Counted from the first letter of the stretch, positions 6,713 through 17,113 are shown. The stretch is 64,000 bases of DNA from Halarcobacter sp. (GCA_963676565.1 OY781089.1:160001-224000); one strand, 5' to 3'. The notes: a model not told the origin generated them from the letters alone. Program-made: numbers and translations.

Positions 6713-7489
6713 TTTTATTAGTGATGGAGTATACCCAGAATATCTTCTAAAAACTTTTATCATGTATGATTGGTCAGAGAAACCACACTCATAGGCTATA
6801 TCAGACAAAGACATATCAGTTTTTAAAAGTTCTCTTACTTTATTAACTTTTTTTATTTGAATAAAATGGGAAGGGGAAATACCAAAGTTTCTTTTAAACT
6901 CCCTAGAAAAATGGAACCTTGACAAACCTGCATTTTTTGATAAATCATCCAATGAAATATTTAGATCCTTTATATTTGCATCTATAAAATCTATTGTTGA
7001 AGAAAAACTTTTTGTAGTTTTTTTATCTTCAATTATTTGATTCTCTTTAATTGTTGAATGGTATTTTAATATATAATCTAAAAAATCAAATATTGCATTA
7101 TCAACGGCTAAATCATTTGTCCCTTTAGTTTCAAAAGTTTCAAACATAGTGATAAACAGATACGAAGCTTTTTCATCATCTATCAAACTGTTAAAATGAA
7201 TCGTTTCTAAACTATCCTTTTTAAGTATATCTTTTGCGATAGAGTTAACCAAAGAAACAGTTGGCATAATATTTAGATGAGACCATGTACTATTATTTGT
7301 TGTGTGTATCTCATATGGGTTTACTACTTGAATTATTCCAGGCACTATTTTATGCTTTTCTTTTTCATTTGCAAAAAAGTGTGCACCTTCATATACTAAA
7401 CTAATAGTATACTCTTCATGAAAATGCTTAGTTAAAGTAACATTTTTAAAATTGTTGTTAACATAAAATATATCGCTCATATTTTTCAA
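6695..7489 (-). CDS. AraC family transcriptional regulator
   Basis: N-terminal cupin HFHEEY; C-terminal SRFHFSREFKRNFGISP and IAYECGFSDQSY. Confidence 0.92.
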   Translation of the reverse strand: MKNMSDIFYVNNNFKNVTLTKHFHEEYTISLVYEGAHFFANEKEKHKIVPGIIQVVNPYEIHTTNNSTWSHLNIMPTVSLVNSIAKDILKKDSLETIHFNSLIDDEKASYLFITMFETFETKGTNDLAVDNAIFDFLDYILKYHSTIKENQIIEDKKTTKSFSSTIDFIDANIKDLNISLDDLSKNAGLSRFHFSREFKRNFGISPSHFIQIKKVNKVRELLKTDMSLSDIAYECGFSDQSYMIKVFRRYSGYTPSLIKKVNPN

Positions 7490-8055
7490 TTTTCTTTTAA
7501 AACTCTTTTTGAAGTATCATAAACAAACTCATAATAGTTGTTATTGTTAAACTCGAACTCTTGAATAACTTCAAGTCCCATTTTTCTTTTGTGAGCTTCG
7601 TATGATCTTGGATTAATTTTATTTACAAAGGTAACTAATATCTCATATTTTTTTGACATTTCATCTAAAGCAAAATCAAATAGTTTTTCTAAAAGTCCAC
7701 TACCTCTATATCTTTTATCTATACAAACAGGTCCATATTGGTATGAATTATCTATAGTGATTTGTTTTCCAAGATATTGTAAATTTGGTAAATCTTTTAT
7801 CATAAATGCAAACATTGGCCATTTTGACCAATACTGCCACGATGCAGACATAACATACCCAACAACTTCACCATTATCAACTGCTACAAAAATACCTTTT
7901 TCTTTTTCTATAATATCTTCTAATTGTTCTTTTGAAAAAGCTGTTGTAACAAAACCATCTTTTTTATCTTCTTCATCTATTGTATCAACTTGATATTTAC
8001 TATGTAGTTTTAAAATATTTTCTACATCTTCAAAACTTGCTATTTTTAAAACCAT
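7486..8055 (-). CDS. GNAT family acetyltransferase
   Basis: VCIDKRYRGSGL acetyl-CoA motif; NPRSYEAH. Confidence 0.85.
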   Translation of the reverse strand: MVLKIASFEDVENILKLHSKYQVDTIDEEDKKDGFVTTAFSKEQLEDIIEKEKGIFVAVDNGEVVGYVMSASWQYWSKWPMFAFMIKDLPNLQYLGKQITIDNSYQYGPVCIDKRYRGSGLLEKLFDFALDEMSKKYEILVTFVNKINPRSYEAHKRKMGLEVIQEFEFNNNNYYEFVYDTSKRVLKEN

Positions 8056-8115
8056 GCATACTCCTTAAAACAGAGATTATAGTAGTTTCTATATTATTTG
8101 TATAGTAAAATATTG

Positions 8116-9123
8116 CTATATATTTTTTCTAACTACTTTTATATCTTTAATATCCATATCTAAATAGCAAGAAGATGAGTCTTCTAATCCTTCAATAGAA
8201 AAAGTTTTTACTATGATTTCACTTTTTTCATAATCATCTAAAATTATATTTAATTCAAAGAAATCGCCACAATAAGAGATATCAAGAATTGTCCCTTTTA
8301 TCTTAGATTTATCATCTACAATTTTTACTTTATCAATTGGAATAATTCCAACATAATCTTTAGGAACACTACAAGCAATCTTTTCCACTAAAGGTTTAGG
8401 TAATTTATTTATTCTATTTAAAAAATTAGCTATATAAAAAGATTTTGGATTTTCAAATAACTGCTTTGGTGTTCCAAATTGCTCTATCTTTTTGTTATTT
8501 ATAATTGCAATTTTATCTGACATACTAAGTGCTTCTTTTTGATCATGGGTAACAAGAATAGCACTTAAACCCAACTCTTTAATAAGTTTTTTTAACCAAA
8601 TTTTTGTTTTATATCTTAATAAAGTATCTAGATTTGCAAAGGGTTCATCAAGGAGTAAAACCTTAGGTTCATAGGCTAAAACTCTAGCTATTGAAACACG
8701 CTGTTGTTGACCACCACTTAATTCATGAATTTGTTTATGTCTATGCTCAACTAAATCAAACTGCTTTAGAAGATTATCAACCCTTCTTTGTCTTTCATTT
8801 GCTTTTAATCTATATAGGGCAAACTCAATATTTTGTCTAACATTTAAGTGAGGGAATAAAGCATAATCTTGAAATATATAACCTAAATCTTTGTGACACT
8901 CTCTTTTTCCATTTTGAATTAAACAGTGTTCATTAATAAAAATTTCACCGTCATATTGTTCTTGTAGCGATGCAATACTTCTTAAAATAGTACTTTTACC
9001 ACATCCACTAGGACCCAAAATTGTTACAATCTCTCCTTGTTTTACACTAAAAGAGATATCTTCTAAAATTTGTGTTTGTCCAAAAGCAATAGAGTAATTT
9101 TTTACACTTATACCTGTAATCAT
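8116..9123 (-). CDS. fbpC: Fe(III) ABC transporter ATP-binding protein
   Basis: GPSGCGKST, LSGGQQQR, LLLDEPF; operon context. Confidence 0.85.
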   Translation of the reverse strand: MITGISVKNYSIAFGQTQILEDISFSVKQGEIVTILGPSGCGKSTILRSIASLQEQYDGEIFINEHCLIQNGKRECHKDLGYIFQDYALFPHLNVRQNIEFALYRLKANERQRRVDNLLKQFDLVEHRHKQIHELSGGQQQRVSIARVLAYEPKVLLLDEPFANLDTLLRYKTKIWLKKLIKELGLSAILVTHDQKEALSMSDKIAIINNKKIEQFGTPKQLFENPKSFYIANFLNRINKLPKPLVEKIACSVPKDYVGIIPIDKVKIVDDKSKIKGTILDISYCGDFFELNIILDDYEKSEIIVKTFSIEGLEDSSSCYLDMDIKDIKVVRKNI

Positions 9124-9130
9124 TATATTA

Positions 9131-9160
9131 ATCCTTTAAAATGTCCCATTTTAAAGGGAC
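9131..9160 (-). promoter_or_regulatory. Shine-Dalgarno-pairing hairpin motif, copy 1
   Basis: mRNA GUCCCUUUAAAAUGGGACAUUUUAAAGGAU ending 7 nt before AUG; related copy at 48541-48570. Confidence 0.55.
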
Positions 9161-9178
9161 AATAATTGTCTTAATGTC

Positions 9179-10759
9179 TTAATCTTTTACCATCTTTTTT
9201 GCAAGTATTAAAACTGATACCATACTAAATAATACAATAAACATAGCAGGAACTGCTGATTCTATAATCTGCGCTTGAGTTACAAGTTCATGGGATAACA
9301 CAGGTAAAGTATCAAAGTTAAATGGTCTTAATATCATAGTTAAAGGCAACTCTTTTAAAGTTTCTATAAATATCACAATAAAACTTGCCATTATTGACCC
9401 TCTAAGTAGAGGAAAAATCACTTTTAAAAAAGTATAAAAACCATCGACATTCATAGTCTTACATGCATCATCATAACTTTGAGGTATCTTACTAAAACCT
9501 GATTCATAATTATTAATTGAGATAGCTATAAATCTAACTAAATAACCAAACACAACAGCTATAACAGTTCCACTAATCAAAATATCAAAGTTCTTATCAA
9601 TAAATGAAAAGAAGCTTAACACCCCAATTGCAACAACTGCTCCAGGGATTGAATACCCTAGTTTAGAAATTTGCACAAGATTATCAGCTATTTTACTTTT
9701 ATGCACTCTTACATTATAAACAATAAAAAATGCCAATATAGTTATTAAAATAGAACTTGTTATACCAAGGGCTAGGGTTTGATAAAGTATTGTTAAAAAA
9801 TCCTCATCAATAATCTCTTCATATGAAATATAAAACCAATAAGACATTTGAGAAAAAGGTAATAAAAATCCAAAGAAAAAAGGGATAAAACATGCAAGCC
9901 ATGCAAAAAAACCTTTTACTCCTGTAAGTTTTTGTTTTATAATTGGTTTAAAATCCTTACCACTACTTTTATATTTTTTATTTCTTCTTTGAAATCTTTC
10001 CAAGAAGATTATAATAAAAATAAAAAGCATCAACATAGAAGCCAATTTTGAAGCATCTTCAACACTTCCCATACCAAGCCATGTTCTAAAAATACCTGTT
10101 ACAAAAGTTGATACCCCATAATAATCCATAACCCCATAATCAGCAACAGCTTCCATCACTGCTAATATGCTTCCTGCAACAATTGCAGGTCTTGAAATTG
10201 GTAAAATTACCTTATAAAATATCTGAAAATTACTAAGTCCCATAGTCTTAGAAGCATCAAGAATAGAGCTTGATTCAGCTTTTAAGTATGTTTTAGAGAT
10301 TAGATACACATAAGGGTACAAAACCAAAGACATTACAATAATAGCACCCTCTATTGACATAATATCAAAGAAATAAACTTCATTTAAACTCTTACCTAAT
10401 AAATCCAATATAAATGTAGTAACTGAGCCTGTAATATCAAACATACCACCATAAATATATGACATAATATATGTAGGGATTGCAAAGGGTAAAATCAAAC
10501 CATAGTGGAAAAATCTTGAACCAGAAAATTCAAAAAATGTAGTTATATAAGCTGTTGTAAAACCTAAAAGAATAGTTAATATTGCAACTCCAAACATAAT
10601 ATATAAAGAGTTATAAATATATTCAAATAAAACTGTATCAACTAAATGTGACCAATTATCACTAGTTACAAAAATATTTGAAATTAGTATAAGTCCTGGT
10701 ATAGAGATAAGAAGTGTTAAAAGAACACTACTTATTGTAAGCTTATTTAAAATTTTCAA
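9179..10759 (-). CDS. fbpB: Fe(III) ABC transporter permease
   Basis: 526 aa with two permease repeats; LPFAIPTY and KELPLTMILRPFNFDTL motifs. Confidence 0.9.
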   Translation of the reverse strand: MKILNKLTISSVLLTLLISIPGLILISNIFVTSDNWSHLVDTVLFEYIYNSLYIMFGVAILTILLGFTTAYITTFFEFSGSRFFHYGLILPFAIPTYIMSYIYGGMFDITGSVTTFILDLLGKSLNEVYFFDIMSIEGAIIVMSLVLYPYVYLISKTYLKAESSSILDASKTMGLSNFQIFYKVILPISRPAIVAGSILAVMEAVADYGVMDYYGVSTFVTGIFRTWLGMGSVEDASKLASMLMLFIFIIIFLERFQRRNKKYKSSGKDFKPIIKQKLTGVKGFFAWLACFIPFFFGFLLPFSQMSYWFYISYEEIIDEDFLTILYQTLALGITSSILITILAFFIVYNVRVHKSKIADNLVQISKLGYSIPGAVVAIGVLSFFSFIDKNFDILISGTVIAVVFGYLVRFIAISINNYESGFSKIPQSYDDACKTMNVDGFYTFLKVIFPLLRGSIMASFIVIFIETLKELPLTMILRPFNFDTLPVLSHELVTQAQIIESAVPAMFIVLFSMVSVLILAKKMVKD

Positions 10760-10765
10760 TTTCTC

Positions 10766-11767
10766 TTATTTCCATCCTGATTTATCAAATATTTTAACTG
10801 CATTAATATTATATTTTCCCATAGTATTTATTGAGATATTATCATCTTCAAACGTCCCCCATGAAGAAACCACATCATTTTTCTTAACACCCTTTGCAAC
10901 AGGATATTCAAAGTTCCCATTTGCAAATAAATCTTGTGCCTCAGGACTTAATAAAAACTCTATAAATTTAATAGCATTTTCTTTATTAGGAGAATATTTT
11001 GCAACTCCTGCACCACTTACGTTTATGTGTGTTCCACCATTCTCAAATTTAGGAAATATAATCTTTACTTTTTTAACTGCTTCACTTTCAGCAATATCTT
11101 TATTACCAATCATTTTACCAACATAATAAGTATTTGCAATAGCAATTTTTCCAATTCCATTTGCTACAGCTTTTACTTGATATCTATCATTTCCTCTAGG
11201 TCGTCTTGCCATATTCTTTACAACGCCTTTTGCCCATTTTAAAGCGTACTCTTCACCATGGTGAGCAATAACAGCGGCAAGCATTGATTGATTGTAAACA
11301 TGGTTTGATGATCTAACCATAATCATTTTTTTATACTCTGGTTTTATTAAATCTTCATAGGTTTTAATCTCAATATTACTATCAATTGGAACAATAAAGG
11401 CTCTTACTCTTTTTGTCAATGCAAACCATTTATTATCTTCATCCCTTAGATTTTCAGGAACAACTTCCATTAGATATTTTGATTCAATTGATTGAATTAA
11501 GCCTTTTGATTTTGCTTGATAAAGTCTTCCTGCATCAACAGTGATTAAAACATCTGCTGGTGACTTTTCACCTTCACTTTCTAATCTTTTAATTAAAGCA
11601 TTAGCATCTGCATTTACAACATTTACTTTAATACCTGTTTTTTCCTCAAACATTTTATATAATTGTTTATCTGTATCATAATGTCTGTGAGAATATACAT
11701 TTACTTCATTTGAAGCAAAAACAAAATTTGTAAAAATAAAAAAACTTAATAATATTTGTTTAATCAT
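10766..11767 (-). CDS. fbpA: Fe(III) ABC transporter substrate-binding protein, paralog 2
   Basis: VNVYSHRHY, ADVLITVDAGRL and ANTYY motifs (FutA/CfbpA type). Confidence 0.9.
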   Translation of the reverse strand: MIKQILLSFFIFTNFVFASNEVNVYSHRHYDTDKQLYKMFEEKTGIKVNVVNADANALIKRLESEGEKSPADVLITVDAGRLYQAKSKGLIQSIESKYLMEVVPENLRDEDNKWFALTKRVRAFIVPIDSNIEIKTYEDLIKPEYKKMIMVRSSNHVYNQSMLAAVIAHHGEEYALKWAKGVVKNMARRPRGNDRYQVKAVANGIGKIAIANTYYVGKMIGNKDIAESEAVKKVKIIFPKFENGGTHINVSGAGVAKYSPNKENAIKFIEFLLSPEAQDLFANGNFEYPVAKGVKKNDVVSSWGTFEDDNISINTMGKYNINAVKIFDKSGWK

Positions 11768-11820
11768 ATTTGTACCTTTTTAAAATATAGATTATATCAT
11801 TTATGAAGTAAAACATTTCT

Positions 11821-11839
11821 TATAGTAATAATTGTTATC
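11821..11839. promoter_or_regulatory. Fur box candidate
   Basis: TATAGTAATAATTGTTATC, 14/19 match to GATAATGATAATCATTATC, upstream of iron ABC genes. Confidence 0.55.
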
Positions 11840-11856
11840 AAAATGATAATAAGAGA

Positions 11857-11891
11857 TAAAAAAAGGGAGTAGCAAAAACTATTCCCTTTCT
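11857..11891 (-). terminator. Intrinsic terminator between the two binding-protein genes
   Basis: Minus strand AAAGGGAATAG-TTTTTG-CTACTCCC followed by a T run. Confidence 0.7.
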
Positions 11892-11914
11892 TCTTTGTTA
11901 AATATTAGATTGTA

Positions 11915-12922
11915 TTATTTCCAACCAGCTTTATCAAACACTTTTACTGCTGCTGCATTGTTTTTCCCAAGCTCATTAATTGAAATTGTGTCATCTTCAA
12001 ATTCACCCCAAGATTCAACTATAGGATTTTTCTTTACACCATCAATAACTGGATATTCAAAGTTCCCTCCAGCAAATAATTCTTGTGCATCTTTGCTTGC
12101 TAAAAACTCAATAAATTTAATTGCATTTTCTTTATTAGGAGAATATTTTGCAACCCCTGCACCACTTACATTTATATGTGTTCCACCATTTTCAAATTTA
12201 GGAAAGAAAATCTTAACTTTTTTTACAGCTTTAGCTTGTGATTCATCTTTATTATCAACCATTTTACCAATATAATAAGTGTTTGCAATTGCAATTTCAC
12301 CAATACCATTTGCAATAGCTTTTACTTGATATCTGTCATTACCTTTTGGAGCCATTGCCATATTTGCAACTACACCTTTAGCCCAGTTTAAAGCATATTC
12401 TTCACCATGGTGAGCAATCATACCTGCTAATAATGATTGGTTATATGTATTATTTGAAGATCTAACCATGATTTTACCCTTAAATTTTGGGTCTGCTAAA
12501 TCTTCATAAGTAGATAATTCTTTTTCTATTCCTGATCCTAATTTATAAACTGTAACTCTTGCTCTTTTAGTTAAACCAAACCATTGGTTATCTTTATCTC
12601 TTAATTTTTGAGGAATTGAATTTATTAATTTTTCAGACTCAATTGCTTGAAAAAGACCTTTTTCTTTTGCTGTATATAATCTTGCAGCATCTACAGTGAT
12701 TAAAACATCAGCTGGTGATTTTTCACCTTCAGATTCAAGTCTTTGAACTAAAGCAGAACCTTTTGCTTTTACAACATTTACTTTTATACCTGTTTTTTCT
12801 TCAAACATTTTAAACAATATTTTATCTGTGTCATAATGTCTTGTTGAGTAAATATTAACCTCATTTGCAGCATAAATTGAACTTGTCAATAATAATGCAC
12901 CTAAAAATAATTTTTTTAGCAT
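11915..12922 (-). CDS. fbpA: Fe(III) ABC transporter substrate-binding protein, paralog 1
   Basis: Same motifs as paralog 2; start ATG 12922 after AAGGAA (MLKKLF signal peptide). Confidence 0.9.
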   Translation of the reverse strand: MLKKLFLGALLLTSSIYAANEVNIYSTRHYDTDKILFKMFEEKTGIKVNVVKAKGSALVQRLESEGEKSPADVLITVDAARLYTAKEKGLFQAIESEKLINSIPQKLRDKDNQWFGLTKRARVTVYKLGSGIEKELSTYEDLADPKFKGKIMVRSSNNTYNQSLLAGMIAHHGEEYALNWAKGVVANMAMAPKGNDRYQVKAIANGIGEIAIANTYYIGKMVDNKDESQAKAVKKVKIFFPKFENGGTHINVSGAGVAKYSPNKENAIKFIEFLASKDAQELFAGGNFEYPVIDGVKKNPIVESWGEFEDDTISINELGKNNAAAVKVFDKAGWK

Positions 12923-12931
12923 ATCTATTTC

Positions 12932-13003
12932 CTTAATGATAATTATTATTGAAATAATACACATCTTATACTTAATTTTTTATTAATAATAATAATGACT
13001 ATC
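12932..13003. promoter_or_regulatory. Two Fur box candidates
   Basis: CTTAATGATAATTATTATT (12932-12950) and AATAATAATAATGACTATC (12985-13003), each 15/19 to the Fur consensus. Confidence 0.65.
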
Positions 13004-13020
13004 ATATATGAAGTTGGGCA

Positions 13021-13051
13021 TAAAAAAAGGAAGCAGTAAAACCACTTCCTT
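13021..13051 (-). terminator. Intrinsic terminator after rpsR
   Basis: Minus strand AAGGAAG...CTTCC followed by a T run. Confidence 0.65.
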
Positions 13052-13075
13052 AAATTTATTGTTTAAAAATGTAAA

Positions 13076-13333
13076 TTATCTAGCGTATGCTGCGTCAGTT
13101 ACATCTTGAGTATCAACAATATATGGAACTAATGCCATATGTCTTGCTCTTTTAATAGCTTTTTCTACCATTTCTTGAGCGTTTTTAGAGTTACCTGTAA
13201 GTCTTCTAGGCATGATTTTACCTCTTTCACTCATAGATAGTTTTAATAACTCAGTGTTTTTATAGTCAATGAAATCAATTTTCATTTCACTATATTTACA
13301 AAATTTTTTTCCGTATTTTCTTCTTTCTGCCAT
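13076..13333 (-). CDS. rpsR: 30S ribosomal protein S18
   Basis: IDYKN...[12 protein letters not shown]...[13 protein letters not shown]. Confidence 0.98.
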   Translation of the reverse strand: MAERRKYGKKFCKYSEMKIDFIDYKNTELLKLSMSERGKIMPRRLTGNSKNAQEMVEKAIKRARHMALVPYIVDTQDVTDAAYAR

Positions 13334-13349
13334 CTTTAATCCTTATATT

Positions 13350-13898
13350 CTAGAAAGGTATTTCATCATCATCAATATCGATTTCAGGTATTTTATGTTC
13401 AGCTGGTTGAGTAGCTTGATTATTCATACCACCATAATTGTTTTGACCCATGTTGTTTTGAGGTGCTTGTTGCTGATTGTATTGATTTGATTGAGGATTA
13501 TAACCACCACCTTGGTTATTATAAGAGTTTTGATTCCCTTGACCTTGTGGTGCCCCCATATTTTGTGAATCTGCTTTTGAATCTAACATTTTCATAGTAT
13601 CTACTCTTAGAGCATGTCTACTTCTGTTAGAGCCATCTTGTGCAGTCCACTGTTCAAAAACAAGTCTACCTTCTAATAAAACTTTTGAACCTTTTCTTAA
13701 GTATTGATTAGCAACTTCAGCACTTCTACCAAAAATATTGAAATCTAAAAAACAAACTTCTTCTTTTTGTTCACCAGTTTGTGATTTATATCTATGGCTA
13801 GTTGCAATAGCAGATTTAGCTAATGCTGAACCATTTGGCATATATCTTAGTTCAATATCTCTTGTTAAGTTTCCTACCATTACTATTTTATTATACAT
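13350..13898 (-). CDS. ssb: Single-stranded DNA-binding protein
   Basis: NKIVMVGNLTRD OB fold; C-terminal DDDEIPF. Confidence 0.98.
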   Translation of the reverse strand: MYNKIVMVGNLTRDIELRYMPNGSALAKSAIATSHRYKSQTGEQKEEVCFLDFNIFGRSAEVANQYLRKGSKVLLEGRLVFEQWTAQDGSNRSRHALRVDTMKMLDSKADSQNMGAPQGQGNQNSYNNQGGGYNPQSNQYNQQQAPQNNMGQNNYGGMNNQATQPAEHKIPEIDIDDDEIPF

Positions 13899-13920
13899 AA
13901 GATGTTCCTACAAAATTTAA

Positions 13921-14274
13921 TTAGTTAGCTTTTTTAGCTGCCTCGTCGCTCATTTTAGTCCATGCAGCGATCTCTTTTTTATTTTCATATTTAATGAAAA
14001 TAAATCTCATGATATTTTCGTTGATTCTATATTGTCTTTCAATTTCAAGAATTCCAGAAGGCTCACCTTTGAAATATGCTACAAAATAGTAACCTCTTTT
14101 GTTTTTTTCAATTTCATAAGCTAAAGGTCTAGTTCCCATATCATCACAAGCAACGATTTCACCACCGTTTTTTGCAATGTCAGCTTTTACTTTTTCGATT
14201 TGCGCCGCAGTCTCTTCTTCAGTAAGAGTTGGCTTTAAGATAAACATTGTTTCGTAATGTTTTAATTTTGACAT
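13921..14274 (-). CDS. rpsF: 30S ribosomal protein S6
   Basis: [10 protein letters not shown]...LAYEIEK...GYY; rpsF-ssb-rpsR order. Confidence 0.97.
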   Translation of the reverse strand: MSKLKHYETMFILKPTLTEEETAAQIEKVKADIAKNGGEIVACDDMGTRPLAYEIEKNKRGYYFVAYFKGEPSGILEIERQYRINENIMRFIFIKYENKKEIAAWTKMSDEAAKKAN

Positions 14275-14276
14275 CA

Positions 14277-14333
14277 GTTCTCCTTATAGTTTGTGCCGGT
14301 ATCTTTACAAATTGTTAATATCAGCAAGGATTT
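14277..14333 (-). promoter_or_regulatory. Candidate S6:S18 autoregulatory leader
   Basis: UCCUUG can pair with the SD-containing UAAGGA, with a CCG in between; this is the known architecture of rpsF leaders. Confidence 0.5.
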
Positions 14334-14351
14334 TTTGTAAAGTGGGAGATT

Positions 14352-15332
14352 TTATCTAATAATAACTGATAATTTTCTTAAAGAAGCCTGAAGATAGATA
14401 TTAGAATCACTAATTTTTGAAGACTTTAGTTCTAGCTCTAAACTTAATAAATATTCTAAAATTTCTAAAAATTTTTCTGGTTTAATACTTATTGCAAGTC
14501 TAGATTTTTTCTCCCAAACATTTTTAGGTGGTACAAAACCTAAAATCTCTTTTGCATTTGCACTTCCATAAACTCTAGCATAAGAACTTATCATAAAAAG
14601 TTGTTGAACAAATGAGGTGATTTGATTTAGAAGATATATTTCATTCATCCCCTCTTCTAGCAATAATGCAAGCTCTTCACTTATATCCATACATGATAGA
14701 AGATCATGCAAAAAATCTTCAAAATTAACAGCTCCAATACCAAAACAGTGTTTATTTACAGTGTTTGCTGAAATTTTTTCATCTAATATAGAAAGCTTTT
14801 TTAAATCATTCATACATAAAGACAAGTCTTGTCTGTGCATAAAATATAGATGATTAAGTGCTGAAAGTTCACAATTCATATTTAATTGTTTTGCTTGATT
14901 TTCTATCATTCTTACAGCTTCATTTGGAAAAGGAGAAAACATCCTAACACTAACAGCATTAAGTTTTTTTGTAAAATAACCACCCATAGTTTTAAAATCA
15001 CCATCCCCCATACAAGAGAAAATAACTTTTGAATCTGGATTTGTATTACAAGCTTCAATTAATTCTGTACACTCTTTTTTATTTAATTTTTTTTCTAATT
15101 TAATGATAAGAATATTATTAGCCGCAAAAAGGGAAGATTGAAGTAGTTTATTTTTCGCATATTTAAAATCAAAATCATCAAAATAAAGTTTTTCTATCTC
15201 GTCAGGTGTTCCCAATGAAGAAGCAACTAATTCAGTATAGTGTTCAACTAAATAGTTTGATTGCCCAAAAAACATATAGGCATTAAATTTTATATTTTGA
15301 TTTAAAAGATTATCGAATTCGTTTTTATACAT
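14352..15332 (-). CDS. holA: DNA polymerase III subunit delta
   Basis: LYFDDFDF...LLQSSLF...NDLKKL, Campylobacterota HolA pattern. Confidence 0.85.
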   Translation of the reverse strand: MYKNEFDNLLNQNIKFNAYMFFGQSNYLVEHYTELVASSLGTPDEIEKLYFDDFDFKYAKNKLLQSSLFAANNILIIKLEKKLNKKECTELIEACNTNPDSKVIFSCMGDGDFKTMGGYFTKKLNAVSVRMFSPFPNEAVRMIENQAKQLNMNCELSALNHLYFMHRQDLSLCMNDLKKLSILDEKISANTVNKHCFGIGAVNFEDFLHDLLSCMDISEELALLLEEGMNEIYLLNQITSFVQQLFMISSYARVYGSANAKEILGFVPPKNVWEKKSRLAISIKPEKFLEILEYLLSLELELKSSKISDSNIYLQASLRKLSVIIR

Positions 15333-15359
15333 GATGGAATATTAGCTAATTATTGCTTT

Positions 15360-16580
15360 TTAAAACATTTTCTCAAGTCTATTAAAAAGTCCAGACCATG
15401 TTTTATCCTCTAAAAGTTTTATAACCTCATCTATATCATATTTTCTACCTTCTAAAATTTCACAAGAGGCCTCATCAATAGTTTGTGCGAGTCTATCTTC
15501 AAACTCACAAACATCCTCTTCATATGGAGTATCAACATTTTTCAACCTTGGCATTTTTATATATCTTATTGCCCCAAGTTCTTTTAATCTTTCACCTAAA
15601 AAGTCATCAAGTCCAGGTAAATCTGTACAAATAACCTTAGCACCACTAGCTAAAGCTTCAATAACAACCAATGGTAAACCTTCAAAAAATGATGGAAGTA
15701 TAAAAAGATCACAAGTTCTAAGTAAAGATTCAAGCTCTTCTTGAGGTACAATCCCTAGATAATTTATCTTCGCTTTTCTATTATCAATGCTTTTTATAAT
15801 CTCATCACTTTCAAGGGCGCTTCCACTTCCTATTAGATTTAATTCAATATTCTCATATTTTTTACAACTATCAATTGCATTTAAAAGATGGGGAACCCCT
15901 TTGGCATTGCACATTTTTCCAACATATGCAATTTTTACATTATTGTTTTTTTCTCTATTTTTATTAGGAAAAAACATATCTGGGTTATATCCACTTCCAC
16001 TTACAATTACTTTTTCTTCTTCCACATCATAATACTCTTGGATTGTTTTAGCTTGGGCAGAATTTAAGGCAAATAGATATTCACACCTTGAAACCTTACC
16101 CTTTACTATTGAAGCTAAACGAGGGGAAAGCTTCATTTGTCTTAAATCTGTTCCATGGCATAAAACTAAAGTTTTTAAGTTTGGATATAAATCCTTAAAA
16201 AAAGTGCTTAAAAGCCAAATATGATTGCAAATAACAACATCAGGTTTAAATTCTTCAACAGCTTTTGTTATAACTTTTTTAAACTCTTTTTCATACATTT
16301 CATACATAGATTCATCCATTGAACTATATTTTGTACTTTTATAAGGCATTACATCACTCATCCCAACAACAGGGAAAGTCAGATTTTCACTTTCAAATAA
16401 AACAGGATAAAAGTTTTTTGACTCAAGGTTATCTATATCTGGATCTTGTTCTAAAAGAGGTACACCTGCAAGTACAGCTTGCTCATAACCTTTTTCATAT
16501 CCAGCTTTAAATAATTGCTGTAAAAAAACTCCACTTCCAGTTCTTCCTGGTCGTTGAGCCAATGCATGTAAAATTCTCAT
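15360..16580 (-). CDS. Glycosyltransferase family 4
   Basis: YVGK...KG, FILPSFFEGLPLVVIEALASG. Confidence 0.9.
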   Translation of the reverse strand: MRILHALAQRPGRTGSGVFLQQLFKAGYEKGYEQAVLAGVPLLEQDPDIDNLESKNFYPVLFESENLTFPVVGMSDVMPYKSTKYSSMDESMYEMYEKEFKKVITKAVEEFKPDVVICNHIWLLSTFFKDLYPNLKTLVLCHGTDLRQMKLSPRLASIVKGKVSRCEYLFALNSAQAKTIQEYYDVEEEKVIVSGSGYNPDMFFPNKNREKNNNVKIAYVGKMCNAKGVPHLLNAIDSCKKYENIELNLIGSGSALESDEIIKSIDNRKAKINYLGIVPQEELESLLRTCDLFILPSFFEGLPLVVIEALASGAKVICTDLPGLDDFLGERLKELGAIRYIKMPRLKNVDTPYEEDVCEFEDRLAQTIDEASCEILEGRKYDIDEVIKLLEDKTWSGLFNRLEKMF

Positions 16581-16680
16581 TTAATACCTTAATTTGAAAT
16601 TATTACTGAAATAGTATCCAAGAATTACTTTTCATAAAATATCAATTTAGTTACAATATCAAAAAAATAAAAGGTTTTTT

Positions 16681-17082
16681 ATGGAAATTGAAATATCAAC
16701 ACCTGCCCTACTATTTCCTGCTATTTCATTACTATTATTAGCATATACAAATAGATTCTTAACAACAGGACAATTAATTAGATCACTAAGTAAGCAATTA
16801 AAAGATAATAAAAGCTCAAACCTTAGTGGACAAATCAAAAATCTGAAAAAAAGAGTTGAACTTACTAAATGGATGCAGTTTTTTGGAGCGTTATCAATGC
16901 TTTTATGTACATTGTCTATGGCATGTTTATTTATGGGATATTATGATTTAGGTAAGAAGATATTTGGATTAAGTCTTATTGCTATGACTGGATCATTATG
17001 TATTTCTATATGGGAAGTTTATATCTCATCAAATGCTTTAAATTTAGAATTAAAAGATTTAAATGACAAATATAAAAGCTAA
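16681..17082 (+). CDS. DUF2721-like membrane protein
   Basis: TPALLFPAISLLLLAYTNRF N-terminus; 3 TM segments. Confidence 0.75.
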   Translation: MEIEISTPALLFPAISLLLLAYTNRFLTTGQLIRSLSKQLKDNKSSNLSGQIKNLKKRVELTKWMQFFGALSMLLCTLSMACLFMGYYDLGKKIFGLSLIAMTGSLCISIWEVYISSNALNLELKDLNDKYKS

Positions 17083-17113
17083 CTAATCTATAATTTTAAT
17101 AAAGGAGTTTTTC

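Noticed and set aside
13400..13570. Q/N/G-rich low-complexity repeats in ssb
   Set aside because: This is the normal disordered SSB linker.
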